Shown here: one piece after another, positions 25,301 to 37,300 of the stretch
Layout of the letters: the number at the start of each line of letters is the position of its first letter
Position numbering within the stretch: position 1 is the stretch's first letter
Source of the DNA: Tubulanus polymorphus
Lineage: Eukaryota; Animalia; Nemertea
Length of the DNA stretch: 64,000 bases
Reading direction: 5' to 3'
Assembly: GCF_964204645.1 (NCBI RefSeq)
Contig: NC_134025.1
Span: 18,699,101 to 18,763,100, forward strand
Made by a program: the position numbers and the translations under genes
The notes under the pieces: model-generated
Databases searched by the model: none
What the model saw: only the letters and a program-made list of their open reading frames with translations
Told to the model about the DNA's origin: nothing

Positions 25301-28300
25301 AGTGTCGGAAATAAATGATCATGTCGACCATCGGTGTCCAAAATATATCTTGCTGCATCGGGCCCGAAGTCAGGGAAAACAAGAACAGGTGGCTGGGTGA
25401 GTGCATGCTTGATTTTGTCAAAAGCCAGGCGCTGTTCCTCCCCCCCAAGTAAAGGGTTGATCCTTATGGGTTAGCATGTGTAGGGGTTGACACATAGTCG
25501 CATAGTTATCTATGAACTTAGCATAGTACGTGACCAGCCCCAGAAAACTCTGGACCTCGGTGACATACTTCGGTGCAGGCCAGTTTAGGACCTTGTCAAT
25601 TTTGGTGGGGTCTGTCTCTAACCCAGCTGCACTTACCACATGTCCAAGGAAGGCCAACCGCCGCTGCATGAGGTTACACTTCCTCGGTTTCAGTTTCATA
25701 CCCGCAGCCCGGAAACATGAGAAAACCTCGGCCAATTTGTCAAGGTGAGATGTAAGGTCTGCCGAAGGGACGATATATCGTCCAGGTATATTGGAGCAGT
25801 CTTCCAGGAAACTTTGTCGAGGGCCATCGACATCAGGCGAGTAAAACACGCCGGTGCATTGATAACGCCAAAAGGCATCACATTCCACTCATACATCTTA
25901 TTCTCGAACACAAACGCAGTCTTGTGTTTATCTTCCTCTTTGATGGGAACCTACCAATATCCACTAGTCAGGTCCAAGGTCGAAAACCAAGACGAACCAG
26001 ACAAGGTCTCAAGCAGGCCATCTATTCGACCGAGCGTGTGGCTATCTTTGATAGTACAATCGTTCAACTTCCTATAGTCGCAACAAAGTCTAAGGTTACC
26101 GTCAGCTTTTCTTGCAAGTACAATTGGGCTAGCCCAAGCAGAACTGGAGGGGCAAATTAGGTCGTGCTCTAGTAGCTCTCCAGTGTAACCCTCAACAAAT
26201 TCCCGATGTCCAGGCGGGAGTCTCCGTGGTTGCTGTTTCACCGGCTTTGAATCTCCTGTGTCTATTTCGAATTCAACCTCCCGTTTACAACCCTCTTCAG
26301 CAACCGTAAGAATCCCCACACACTGCAGTGGGTTGAAACAACCAATTGGCTCACCGTGCCTGACCCTTAGTGGTGCGTCTGAGAAGTTTGCTAACCTGAC
26401 AGGTACCCTGTTGTTCTGTGGGATGACCAAGGTCTTACCCGTGCAGAATTGAGTACGCTTACTCCCCTCAATCATACCCGGCATGGAATTGTAGTGACCA
26501 AACCTTTTCTTGAATTGGCCAGCAACCACCATCTCACTACCAGCCGGTATGTAGGTCGTCCAATCAACTAAATTCGACAACAGCTTGGGGATTGAGAATT
26601 CTGCCAAAGGGGTATCTCATTCAGACCCCACTGCAGCATGCAGCGAGAGAAATCCAGAACACAGTTATGACGCAGGAAGAAGTCATTTACCCAGCAAAGC
26701 TCGTCGGCAATAACCATGGGTACCTGAAATTTCAGACCACCTAGTTCTAGGATAACATCAGCCTCCCCCCGGAGTGACAGGGCCTGCCCATTTGCTGTGG
26801 TAAGGACCCAACTACAAGGTCTTAGATCCCGAGGGGACCCAGCCCCTAGGCTGGCTTCCCACACTGGGGATCTAAGGACGGTTAAAGAGACCCCCGCATC
26901 TAAGAGGATCGATGCAGTTGCCCTTGTGTTGATCAAACCCGAAACATATAGCCCGTGTCCTGGACGCAAACATTCCCAATAGATAGTGTCTTGTCCTTCG
27001 TAGCCGTGTGGCAGTCAGGGTGTAAACCATCGTATGGTGTCCCACCTGTCACGATTCCCACATCTAGGGCTGGCTCCGTCTCACAAGGCTGGAGGTCGAC
27101 CGGTTTCTGGGGGGTTGTGAGACAGTCCGGGTGTGAACCATTGTTTGGTGTCCGATTTATCACGTTCCCCACATCTTGGACTGAATCTGTCTCGCGGGGC
27201 TGGGAGTCAACTGATTGTCGGAGGGTCGTGAGGTGATCTAGGTGTAAACCATCTTCGGGGTGTCCAGACATCTCATACTCACCACTTTGAACCAGTTTGA
27301 TCTCCGTGCTTTGGCCTCCTATAGCTGGACTTGTCCCCAACCTAGGCCTTTGGTATGGGGGTACATACTTATCAGGCTCGGGGCACTCTAATTTGTTGGG
27401 TTTGCTCTGCCCCTTGATCGACCCGAGGCTCCATTTCCCGCCCTCTGCACACAATCTCTTGCGTAGTGGCCAGGTGCCCCACATTTGCGGCATGTGACCT
27501 GGGGACATCAACTCGCGGGGTGGTCCGGGGCTCTGCAGTGCCAGCACAGGTCTACATTCCTGGATGGAATGTTTTGTCAACTGGGACCGCCTCCCCTCGT
27601 GGAGAGGTCGGCAACGGTAGTCTCCATTGTCTCCATGCTGGTGGATAGGCTCAGTACCAACCCCACCAACTCGCTCATTAGGCCTTCATTTTCCGGGGTC
27701 GGGTGCACCTGGTTGATAGTCCACTTTGGCTTCGGGTCCTGGGCTGATTCGAGGCCACGGGCTGTCCTTACTGCCTCTGCCAGGGTCTGTGGCTGTGAAA
27801 TGTAGAGCGACTCCTTAGCATGGGGTGCTAGATTCACTCCGCACATATACTGGTCCTTGGCCAGTTCGTCTTGGAGGTTAAATGTCCCTCATTCACCTTT
27901 TGTCATTTTGAGAGTCAACTGCTTTGTCGCAACACCAGACACCACACTACAAATAGATGCAGTTGAGTATTTGACAGAATAAGTCTTAATTTTTAGACGT
28001 TTTACGACCACGTGGTCATGATCGACAGAAACAAACATTGTCTTATCCTATAAAGTGTATACTTTATTACGGATTTAATAAAGATTGAATTGAATTGAAT
28101 TGCCGGAATGGCTTCTTGCGGAAGCATCTCCCGTAAATGACTGTTCCTTTTTTCATGTAATTATATACATGTATAATATTTAACACATACGACCTCTTGC
28201 TAACACCTATCTCGACCTATGATGTTTTTAATCGGCTTAAAGAATAAAATAAATTCTTACTTTGAAGCAGAGGCAGCCATTTTGTTATGTGGTCTCTCCG

Positions 28301-31300
28301 CAATCACACCGGTCGACAGATTGGAGAGAATGGACTCTCCGAACTCTCCAGAAATAGTCACCTGATCAATAATGGAGCGTCCGGATTATCCATACTGCAT
28401 AAAAGAATCGGCCCATGCGGATACGGACTAAAATAAACAAGGGATATGGATTTGGTTAAGCCTAGTCCGCCACATACTGGTACAATCGATATCTCCCATC
28501 ACTTGCCTGCCAAAACCGTACTGATACGGTTGTCTTGTTTCTTAACTTTAACGATAGATGGCGAATTCATCGCACAACACCAGTTAGTTTAATGACTTTA
28601 CTACTAAACTATCATCAGTCGTTCAATACAGTGTGTTAGTGATATCATCTATTGAAATGGGGTCTGAACGCGCATGAATGGGCATATTTTATGCAAAATA
28701 CCCCCTCTGCACTAGTGATTGCTGCAGATTTTATCACTTTTAGAAGAAATGCTGCTTATTTTACATGAAAAAGCAAGACCAGATGAACAAAATTAAACAA
28801 ATTTGATGATGATCTCTTTTAGTTTTTGTTTTATGAATCTCTGAAAAACACGGAAATCCTTGCAAAGTGCGGCATTTCCTGAAAAATAGACCTGGCAGGC
28901 AAAGAGTTAGGAACCCAATCTTATTCTGATGAGTTTACATGCTGAACAAAATAACAGAGATAAGAATATATCACTGTTAATTCGATGAAATGTTTTATTG
29001 AAATATTTGAATACATGTATGGGTAAGTTGTAGATCGCTGATAAAGCACTATTATCAATATTATTATAAATTAAATTTATTCTGGTCCTTGGCCACTGTT
29101 GATGTAAGATTTTAAGGACTTCTAAATCCATACTAAAAAAACAATGATGGACAACAAACCTTGTGAAAGTTTATGTAGACAAATTAACTTCGTTATTAGA
29201 ATCAAACACAATTTGTGTTTATGCATAACCTGGTTTACATTGAACCTGGTTTACGATCTAGCTCAAATCCACTTTTCGTCACAAACAAATTGTCGATAAG
29301 TTTCAAGATTTGTAGACCAACTGGCGATATGAATAAGCCTCTGGCCGAAGTTAAAATGCATTTACAGATTACAAAACCATTAACGAAGCTCAGCAGCTGA
29401 AAGACAGATAGACATACAGACACATTCAATTGACTCAAAACATTGTATGGTATTGCACAGCTGGGCTGTTTGGCGAATAGAATGTTGAGATGATATCTAC
29501 AATGTTCAGAATTATCCGCTTACAATATAACTCCTGGCTGTAAGAAAATCCATATTTAATATGACCGTATGTCCAACACTTTTGAAAACTATAAATAAAA
29601 TGTCCATAAGCCTATATGAATCAAACAGAAACCCGTTAGAAAATAAGGAATATAAAAGTGCGAGCGGATCCCTAATGCACGTCAGACCAGCGCGTTATCG
29701 GCTGCGCTATCCGGTCACTCAGCCACTCGTAAAGCTATTATATGATGGAACTTAATGTAGCTTAGATATGAGATTCACACCTACGTACATTCTTGTTCTT
29801 CTCTTCTGACATGATAAAATTCTTTTTACGCAAGATTAATTCATGATAAATTACTATACGAAAGTTCGCTAAGTTATATTTCTGTCAGAATTGGAAATTA
29901 CGTTTATTGTAAAAACTTGCGGCACAAATCAGATAGATTACCCTTTGTGTAATCACTGTCATGGCAAAGTTCATGGATAAACTTTAACTGGAAAAACCAG
30001 GATCGTCTCAATTACTTCATGTTCATAAGGAACTTACCAGTAATCTTGACACTAATGCTGTGTGAAATGAGTTCATTAATCATAAATCCATCAATGACTG
30101 ACTTCAGTTTTGAAAATTTGAATAAGTATTTTGAAGGCTCATGAACGGACATCTGTTATGCATGCCTTGTACAGTTAATGATATGTTATGCAAGATGAAT
30201 ATTGTATGTTATATGCAAATGAAAAAGTCAGATTTATTAATTGTATATTTATTAGTTTCTAATTAAGGTGTCTATCTGATCCCATGGCCTCTACACCATA
30301 TTACTCCTTGCTGCGGGTCTGAAGAAAATAGAAAATGTCATGGAATATGTCCCAGCCGGTGGGATTTTACTTGTTATTTTTTGCTAATTGACTTAATCTT
30401 ATTATATTATTATTATTATTTCATCTGATTATAATGACCCAGTCTAACAAGATATCTTTTTTAGCCTTACAGACTGCAAAATTAAAATTCCAAGAATTAA
30501 TCTGACATTGACCTTATAGTTCTGTCACATTATCTCACATGAACGTGTATTTCATTTTCTTCAGGGATATTGCTGGTCATGAAAGATTTGGTCATATGAC
30601 ACGGGTTTATTATAAATATGCGTAAGTTAAGTAAAAGAAATTAAAATCTTCCTGAGTACCCACATGGTGTTTGAAAGCTAGTGAATCCTAACAGGCAGTA
30701 CAAATTTGATCTCAAGCCTATACCTATGAACCAATTTGCCTCAGAAGGCTACTGCAATTCATTTTAAGTTTTAATTCTAGCAGCTACAACTCCAATTTTC
30801 AGTGTACTAGTGATCTTGATCTAACAGGGACACCATGCCCACTTGAAAAGTGGTTTCAAATGCTCAAAAATCTAACAATTTCAATATCCAACAACCCCTG
30901 GTGGCCATATAGAAAAACCGATGACCTTGAAACTCGCCACAATCATAGAACATGTTATGAGCTACAACTTGGCAATTGATTGTGGTAACGGTATATGCTT
31001 AGGTATCAATATAATGTGGAAGATACTTTTCCACCTACGAATGAGTACTGATGACACCAAGATGGCTGCCAAGTGCGTGATAATTGGCTGACCAAAATAC
31101 CTGCCTCGGGTATTAAAGATCCCTTTCCATAGAATTGCCACCACAAATTTCAATGAAAAATGGCAAACCAGTAGGAAGCTACAGGACTACATTTTATGGC
31201 ACAAAAAGGTCACAGGATGGCCATCTTGAGTTCGATCGACCTGATTTTTCTTATTCTGATGGGCTCTTGGGGGATCAGGGATGAAAATCTTCCAATTTGC

Positions 31301-34300
31301 GCGGACAAGGGCCCATTTTTATCATTCTTGAGATCAGTGCAAATCCGTTGAGAAATGGGGGGGGGGTGGTGGACTCTGTGACATTCTCTCTGAATCAGAC
31401 ATTGTTTTAGCGATAACATAGGCCTACCGAACCGAACCTTAAAAGCGTTCTATTTTTATATCGCTACGATGTACAATCAGATTGTGTGTGTAAAAAAAAT
31501 CAATAATCTAACGTGAAAACTATAAGCGTGCGCGTATCACCGCGTCTACCTGTCTGTCTATTGTATTAAGCTTCCCGCGCCGTAGTTTTGTTTTGAATGC
31601 TGGGGTGCTATTAGCAGTTTGTTCGTCAATGATCGTAAGATCGTAGACAGGTGCTCTTCTGTAGACCCATCAGGGGGGGTTGATAAAGGATTAAAAATCC
31701 GTGGAAATGGAATTGGTTAGAGACCGTTATCGACAATGTTCCTCTCGCTGAATGTATAAGAAAAATCAGTGTTGCTGGAAGAGCATTATGCATCTGGTGC
31801 AACAGCGAAATAAACTGGTGCACGGGGAAAGGTTGCTATTACTGATCACGTAAAAGCAAAAACACACAAAGATATAGATAAAGACAGAAGAAGTAATTAT
31901 AAACTACCAGGTATGCCTCCTTTGTTTTTGAACCAAAAATTTTACCCAGTCGGTACCTTAGTTTGTTCTGTGGAAAAAATTTCTGCAGGAATCCCGGCTG
32001 CAGAATTTTATTTGCAGCTTTTAGATATGAAATTAGATCAAATAATTTGAGGCCTAGACATTCGGTCTAAGAATAAATAAAAACAGTCAATCGATTGAGT
32101 CTTCAATGTTTACCTTGCAGGGTCTTCAACATCACAACAGGAGAAACCGTATGGTCTTTGGCAAGCATTTAAAGATTCACCATCCACTGTAAATGAGAGC
32201 AGTCGTCCGAAAGTTGAACCTTTCATTCCAGTGCAGGACCAGGTTCTTCATTCTGAGGCTATGCTGCTTGCATTCCTTGCCGACAAAAACATGATATTAG
32301 CATTGTTCCGGATGTGATAGATCTGATTAAAGCCTTATGTAAAGACAGAAATGCCCTGTCGCACTTACAAATGTCCAGAGTTACAGCATTGTACAAAATG
32401 AAACATGGCTTGGCCAAGACATTTTCAGATCAGTTAAATGAAGAACTAAATGAGAACTTCTTCTCTCTCAACATCGATGAAGCAACAAGTTTAAGTCTGA
32501 AAAAAGTTTCTATTCTCGCCAGTTTTTATTCACCCGTCGAGAAAAAAATCGTGTTTTGTCATGTCTCTTCACTTGAGGTCATCTCGGCTAAAAGTGAAAG
32601 TATTTTTAACAAGGTCATTGGCGAGTTGGACCGTCGGCAGATATCTTATGATCATTTAATGTCCGTTCTTGTTGATTCATGTAATGTCATGCGTGGCTGC
32701 AGATCCGGGTTCGAGACCAGGTTGCGTGATAAGTTCCCTCACCTTCTAAACATCGACGGCGACTCGGCGCACCACGTACACAATTCGTCAAAACAGTTTA
32801 CCAATTGTTTTGATCGAAGCTAATTACAGATCTGTACAATGATTTGAAATGGTCACATGACTTGCGCGATGATTACCTTCGTGAAATATGTTCTTTGTTT
32901 GGATTTAACTTCACGATGCCCGAAAGATATGTTGTTACCAGGTGGCTGTCTTTGCACGATGCCGCTGTTGATTTAGAACGTAAGTTAGAAGCCTACACAG
33001 TGTTCTACTTCGGTTTTTTTAATCCAGGTGATCGCGTTATATATCTAGCCCGTTGCGTAGAAATTTTTCGGCGCTTGGGTATTTCAGAACCTGCACGAGA
33101 TCGCATTAAAGAGATACAGTCAACTGTAAAAAACAAGAAACTTACTGAGGGCGGAAAAGCAAGAAAAAATCGAATTACCGATCGATTGTTTGTCAACCGA
33201 AAACGGACAGTTATGTACCTGAATTTCCTGATTTCAGTTTTGCCTGTTCTGAAAAAATACGTTCTGAAAGTTCAAAAGCGAGAGCCGTTGATACATAAGC
33301 TTATTGATGAACAAGTCAGTGTATTCCCGGAATTTCTCTGTTGCTTTATTCGGCCTGACAAGATCCCTGCCGATGATCGAAAATTAGTTAGTGTCGATAT
33401 TGATCTTTGTACGATGAAACCGAGTGAAATGTTTGTTGGAGACAAAGCCTCAAAACTTATCAGTGAGAATCCAAAAGATCCACTTGTCAATGAATTTTAC
33501 GACAAAGTCAGAAAGGCCTACATCTCTTGTGCTAAATATTTGGCAAAGAAACTACCGCTTAACAGTAAGACACTGTTACGTATAGCTGCAATTGATCCAG
33601 CATGTCGCGGTCATACCTTGACCTTGAAATATCTAAAGGATTTGCCAAATATAGCAACACATGTTCTGAATTCAGATGAGGTTGATAGCTATGGTACCAA
33701 CTTGAGGTACACCGTTACACGGCTGACAAGACACTCCCAGAAGCTATTCCTACGAGTCAATACCGGTGCCTATAGACGAATGGTGGTCGCTCGTGGCTAA
33801 AGCATATCCTAATCTTTCAAAAATGGTATTTGCGCTCCTAATGTTGCTTCACATGCCCACTAGTTGAAAGTTCATTCAGCGAAATGTCGAATATTGTGGA
33901 TACTACATCCAACCGGTTGAATATATCAACATACAGTGCCTTACAGACAGTGAAGTATTCGTTGGCTGGAAAGTCGGCTGTGGATTTTTTCAATAGAAAT
34001 GACATTCGCCGCGATCCCATCCATCTCACGGGATTGAACGTAAACATGGCTTCAGCTGCACAAGTTTATAAGCAAGAACTTGAAGAAACAAAAGAAAAGC
34101 GGGAATCTCATTTAAAAGCGATCCAAGCACAGAAAACTGAAACAATCTCAAAACGAAAAGCAAGAGAAACGAGTATCGAGACGGCGAAAAGAGCTAGGAT
34201 CGTTCATGCAGCAGCCGCCCAGGCCAAAGCCAAAAGGGCCGATCGAAATGAGATTCTTCAGAAATTAGCAGAGAAGCGTCGGCGGTACAGTAGATATCGA

Positions 34301-37300
34301 ATTTTTTGCTCGGCTTATATTCTTTGTCCTTGAACTGTAATTCATGGCTATAATTCGTGTTTGTTTTGTTAGAACTATCATTTTCCGTTGTAAGTGAAAA
34401 TAGTTTCAGAACGAGAGATGGTTAAACTGGACTCTTAAAAAAGTTTAATCTAAATTGTTTGAAAAGTTACGGTTAAACTGATTCCTGCGTGATCTGGATC
34501 CCGTGTGATTGTAATACTGTATAATATAACAAATTGAATAGTTTAACATCTCTTCTTGTGTGTTGAAATAATAAAACTCAAAAAGATAACCTTATCTGAT
34601 TATCATTGTGTTGTTGGTTTGTGTCCAGGAGTGAATTTCAGAATCCGTTACTTAATAATTCAAAGGCCCCCTTTTCTTAGCCGAGGAAATGAGAATCGTT
34701 ATCCCATTAGCAATGGACCGCGCCAGCGTTGAAATAAGAATTCCCGACTACCGACTGCTAGCGCCACTGTGTTCGCTTGCCTTAACATATCATGCCTCAG
34801 TACTGACTGCTAGCGCCACTGTGTTCCGTATGGCGATCGCTTTTCAATTAGGAATAATATATCGTCAGTGAATTATTAAATGTTTTCCAGTAGGTTATAT
34901 AGTGTAAAGGTCAATTCATAATGTTTCAAAATTTCCGCGGATTTCAATACCTCCTGTTTTCATCCCTGGGGGATACAAATACATCCGAAAGATCAAGATA
35001 ATTGATCAAAGCGTCTTCAAAACTAACCTCGAAAACTTGTTGAAAAAACCTGATTTTGGCGAACAACAATGGCTGCCAGTCGGCCATCTTGAATCCGACA
35101 TGGCCAGTTTTTGGGCTGAAGATGTGTCTAGGGTAGAAACATGTGCAACCCAAATATAAAGACATTGAAGTGTCTTCAAAACTTCCCAAAATAACTGCAT
35201 TCCGTCTAAGGATGAACAGACAGACAACAGACAAAAAGTGAACACAATAGCCCGCTGGGATTTAAGTCCCAAGTGGGCTAAAAAGGCCATATTTACAGAT
35301 TTACGCGTATTATACAGAGTTGCACACCTATGACGTTTATATCTATTAATGTACTACAAGCTAATACTACACAAATACATCTATTTTACAGATAATTTGT
35401 AATAAAAAATGTAAGTATAATACACAAATACAAAAAACATCTGCAACTTGGATAATGATCATGAAATAAACCTCAATTCTACAGGCCAGTTAAATGAACA
35501 TGCAAAATATCTGTATTACAAACAGACACAACACAAAGTATCAAAGACAACCTCCCATTGTTAGTACCATGTATACTCAAGTAAAAGTGAGAATTTCTAG
35601 GGAAGTTAAAATCAGGTAAATTTTTGGGGGTCGACTTACAGGAGTAATTCTTAAATCTTTGAATGAGAGGGTCCAGAAAATAACAATAATTTTCAATGTC
35701 GGGTGGGAAATTATGATTTAATTTAAAAGTTTGGCATATCATCCAACAAGTGTGCCATTGATTATACTGAGCTAGGAATATTTGCTTAACTAGACACGCG
35801 AAAGAATGATGCTGAAATGTGTTTATTTTGATTAACCTACCAACTGTATGTCCTTTTTGATATGCAATACTGATACAAATATACATTATAAAATCTTCCT
35901 GAAAGTTTCCACGTAGACAAACATAAATACCAAGACCTACTTCCGTACTAAAAAACATGTTATAGTTAACTATCGACACAAACCGTCTTTTGTTATCCAA
36001 TGCTAACTACCAACACAAAACATCATTCATGGTTACAAACCTAACTGGTGGCACTACTGGAGAACCATCTGAGTTACCTAGTCAAACCATATATCAATAC
36101 CGCCGACTCGTAAAGAGCTACTGACCACAAATTGCAACCACGATTCTATCCCAACAGTTAAGGAGCTAGGAACAAAAATCTCATTTTAGAAAATACTCTA
36201 GCTTATACGTAAACATAGACTTCAGTAAGAATCGCTCAGCACATTCGCTAAGATGATGACCTCAAATACTGCTATAAACAATACACCTGCTCTGTTGTGT
36301 TCCACGCAATAGAAATTCCTCAGCTTTAGTTAACTGAGATGATAACCTTGAGTGCCACACAAAAGCAGCAGAAACCCTAAAAACAAAAACCCTCAAAATA
36401 AAAGGGTTTCTGCGAAAGCGGCGGCAGAAACCCTTATAACATAAAACTTAAATTCATCCAAAAGATGTCAATGAAAATATTAGTTCCAGGTTGAGATGCA
36501 AATAATGAATACAGTAGAACCTCGTTATAATGATACAATGATTCATCGGATATAACAAATATAGAATTTCGTCCCAAGTAAGAAAATTTGATTAATTTCC
36601 TGTCGGATATAAAAAAACATACTGGAACCTGTAAGAGAATTTAGTACAAATAAGGGAAAACTTTGAAGTGTTGTCAAGAGTTTTGGAAGATCATAAAATG
36701 GAGTCCAGACAATCTCTCTGGTGGAGAATAGTTCTATTTTAAGCTGCAGTAGAAACAATTGCTATTTGAATAACTTTGTTGGTTCCTGGTTTGTGATTAA
36801 TTCATTAAAGTGTTAATCATAATCAGACTATTCTTGAAAGAATGATTTTGTTTTTTCAATGAATGATATAATAGCAGTGCTGATCGCCATATTCTATGAA
36901 CACAATTTATTTCAAAATTGTATAGCTCATTATATTTCTACTGTTTCTATATTTTCATGGTTTCTGTACATGATCATTTGGGGTTGAAAAGCATGATAAC
37001 ATGGTATATCCAATTCAATACGTCAAGCATTTCACAAGAGGGCATTGTGTCCTTGGATCCCTGGTAAAATGTATGATTCCTTTCAATTTCAGAATTGGTG
37101 CTATCATTGTATTTGATCTGTCAAGGTGAGATATAGAAATGATATTTGTTTGTACTTATGAGAAACTAGACATTATCTTATATTCTTGCTATGATTATTC
37201 AGCAATAGCATGTTTATTTTTTTTAGACCAGCCACGTTTGACTCTGTTATCAAGGTATATGTAGGGATATGTAATTTATTTTTTTGGAACTCATGCATGC

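Noticed and set aside
27990-28035. Possible minus-strand hammerhead (CTGTCGA...GACC-ACGT-GGTC-GTAAAACGTC)
   Set aside because: Both conserved boxes are altered and the spacing is wrong.
35479-36000. 173-aa minus-strand ORF
   Set aside because: AT-rich, with no recognizable domain or splice support. Likely a chance ORF.
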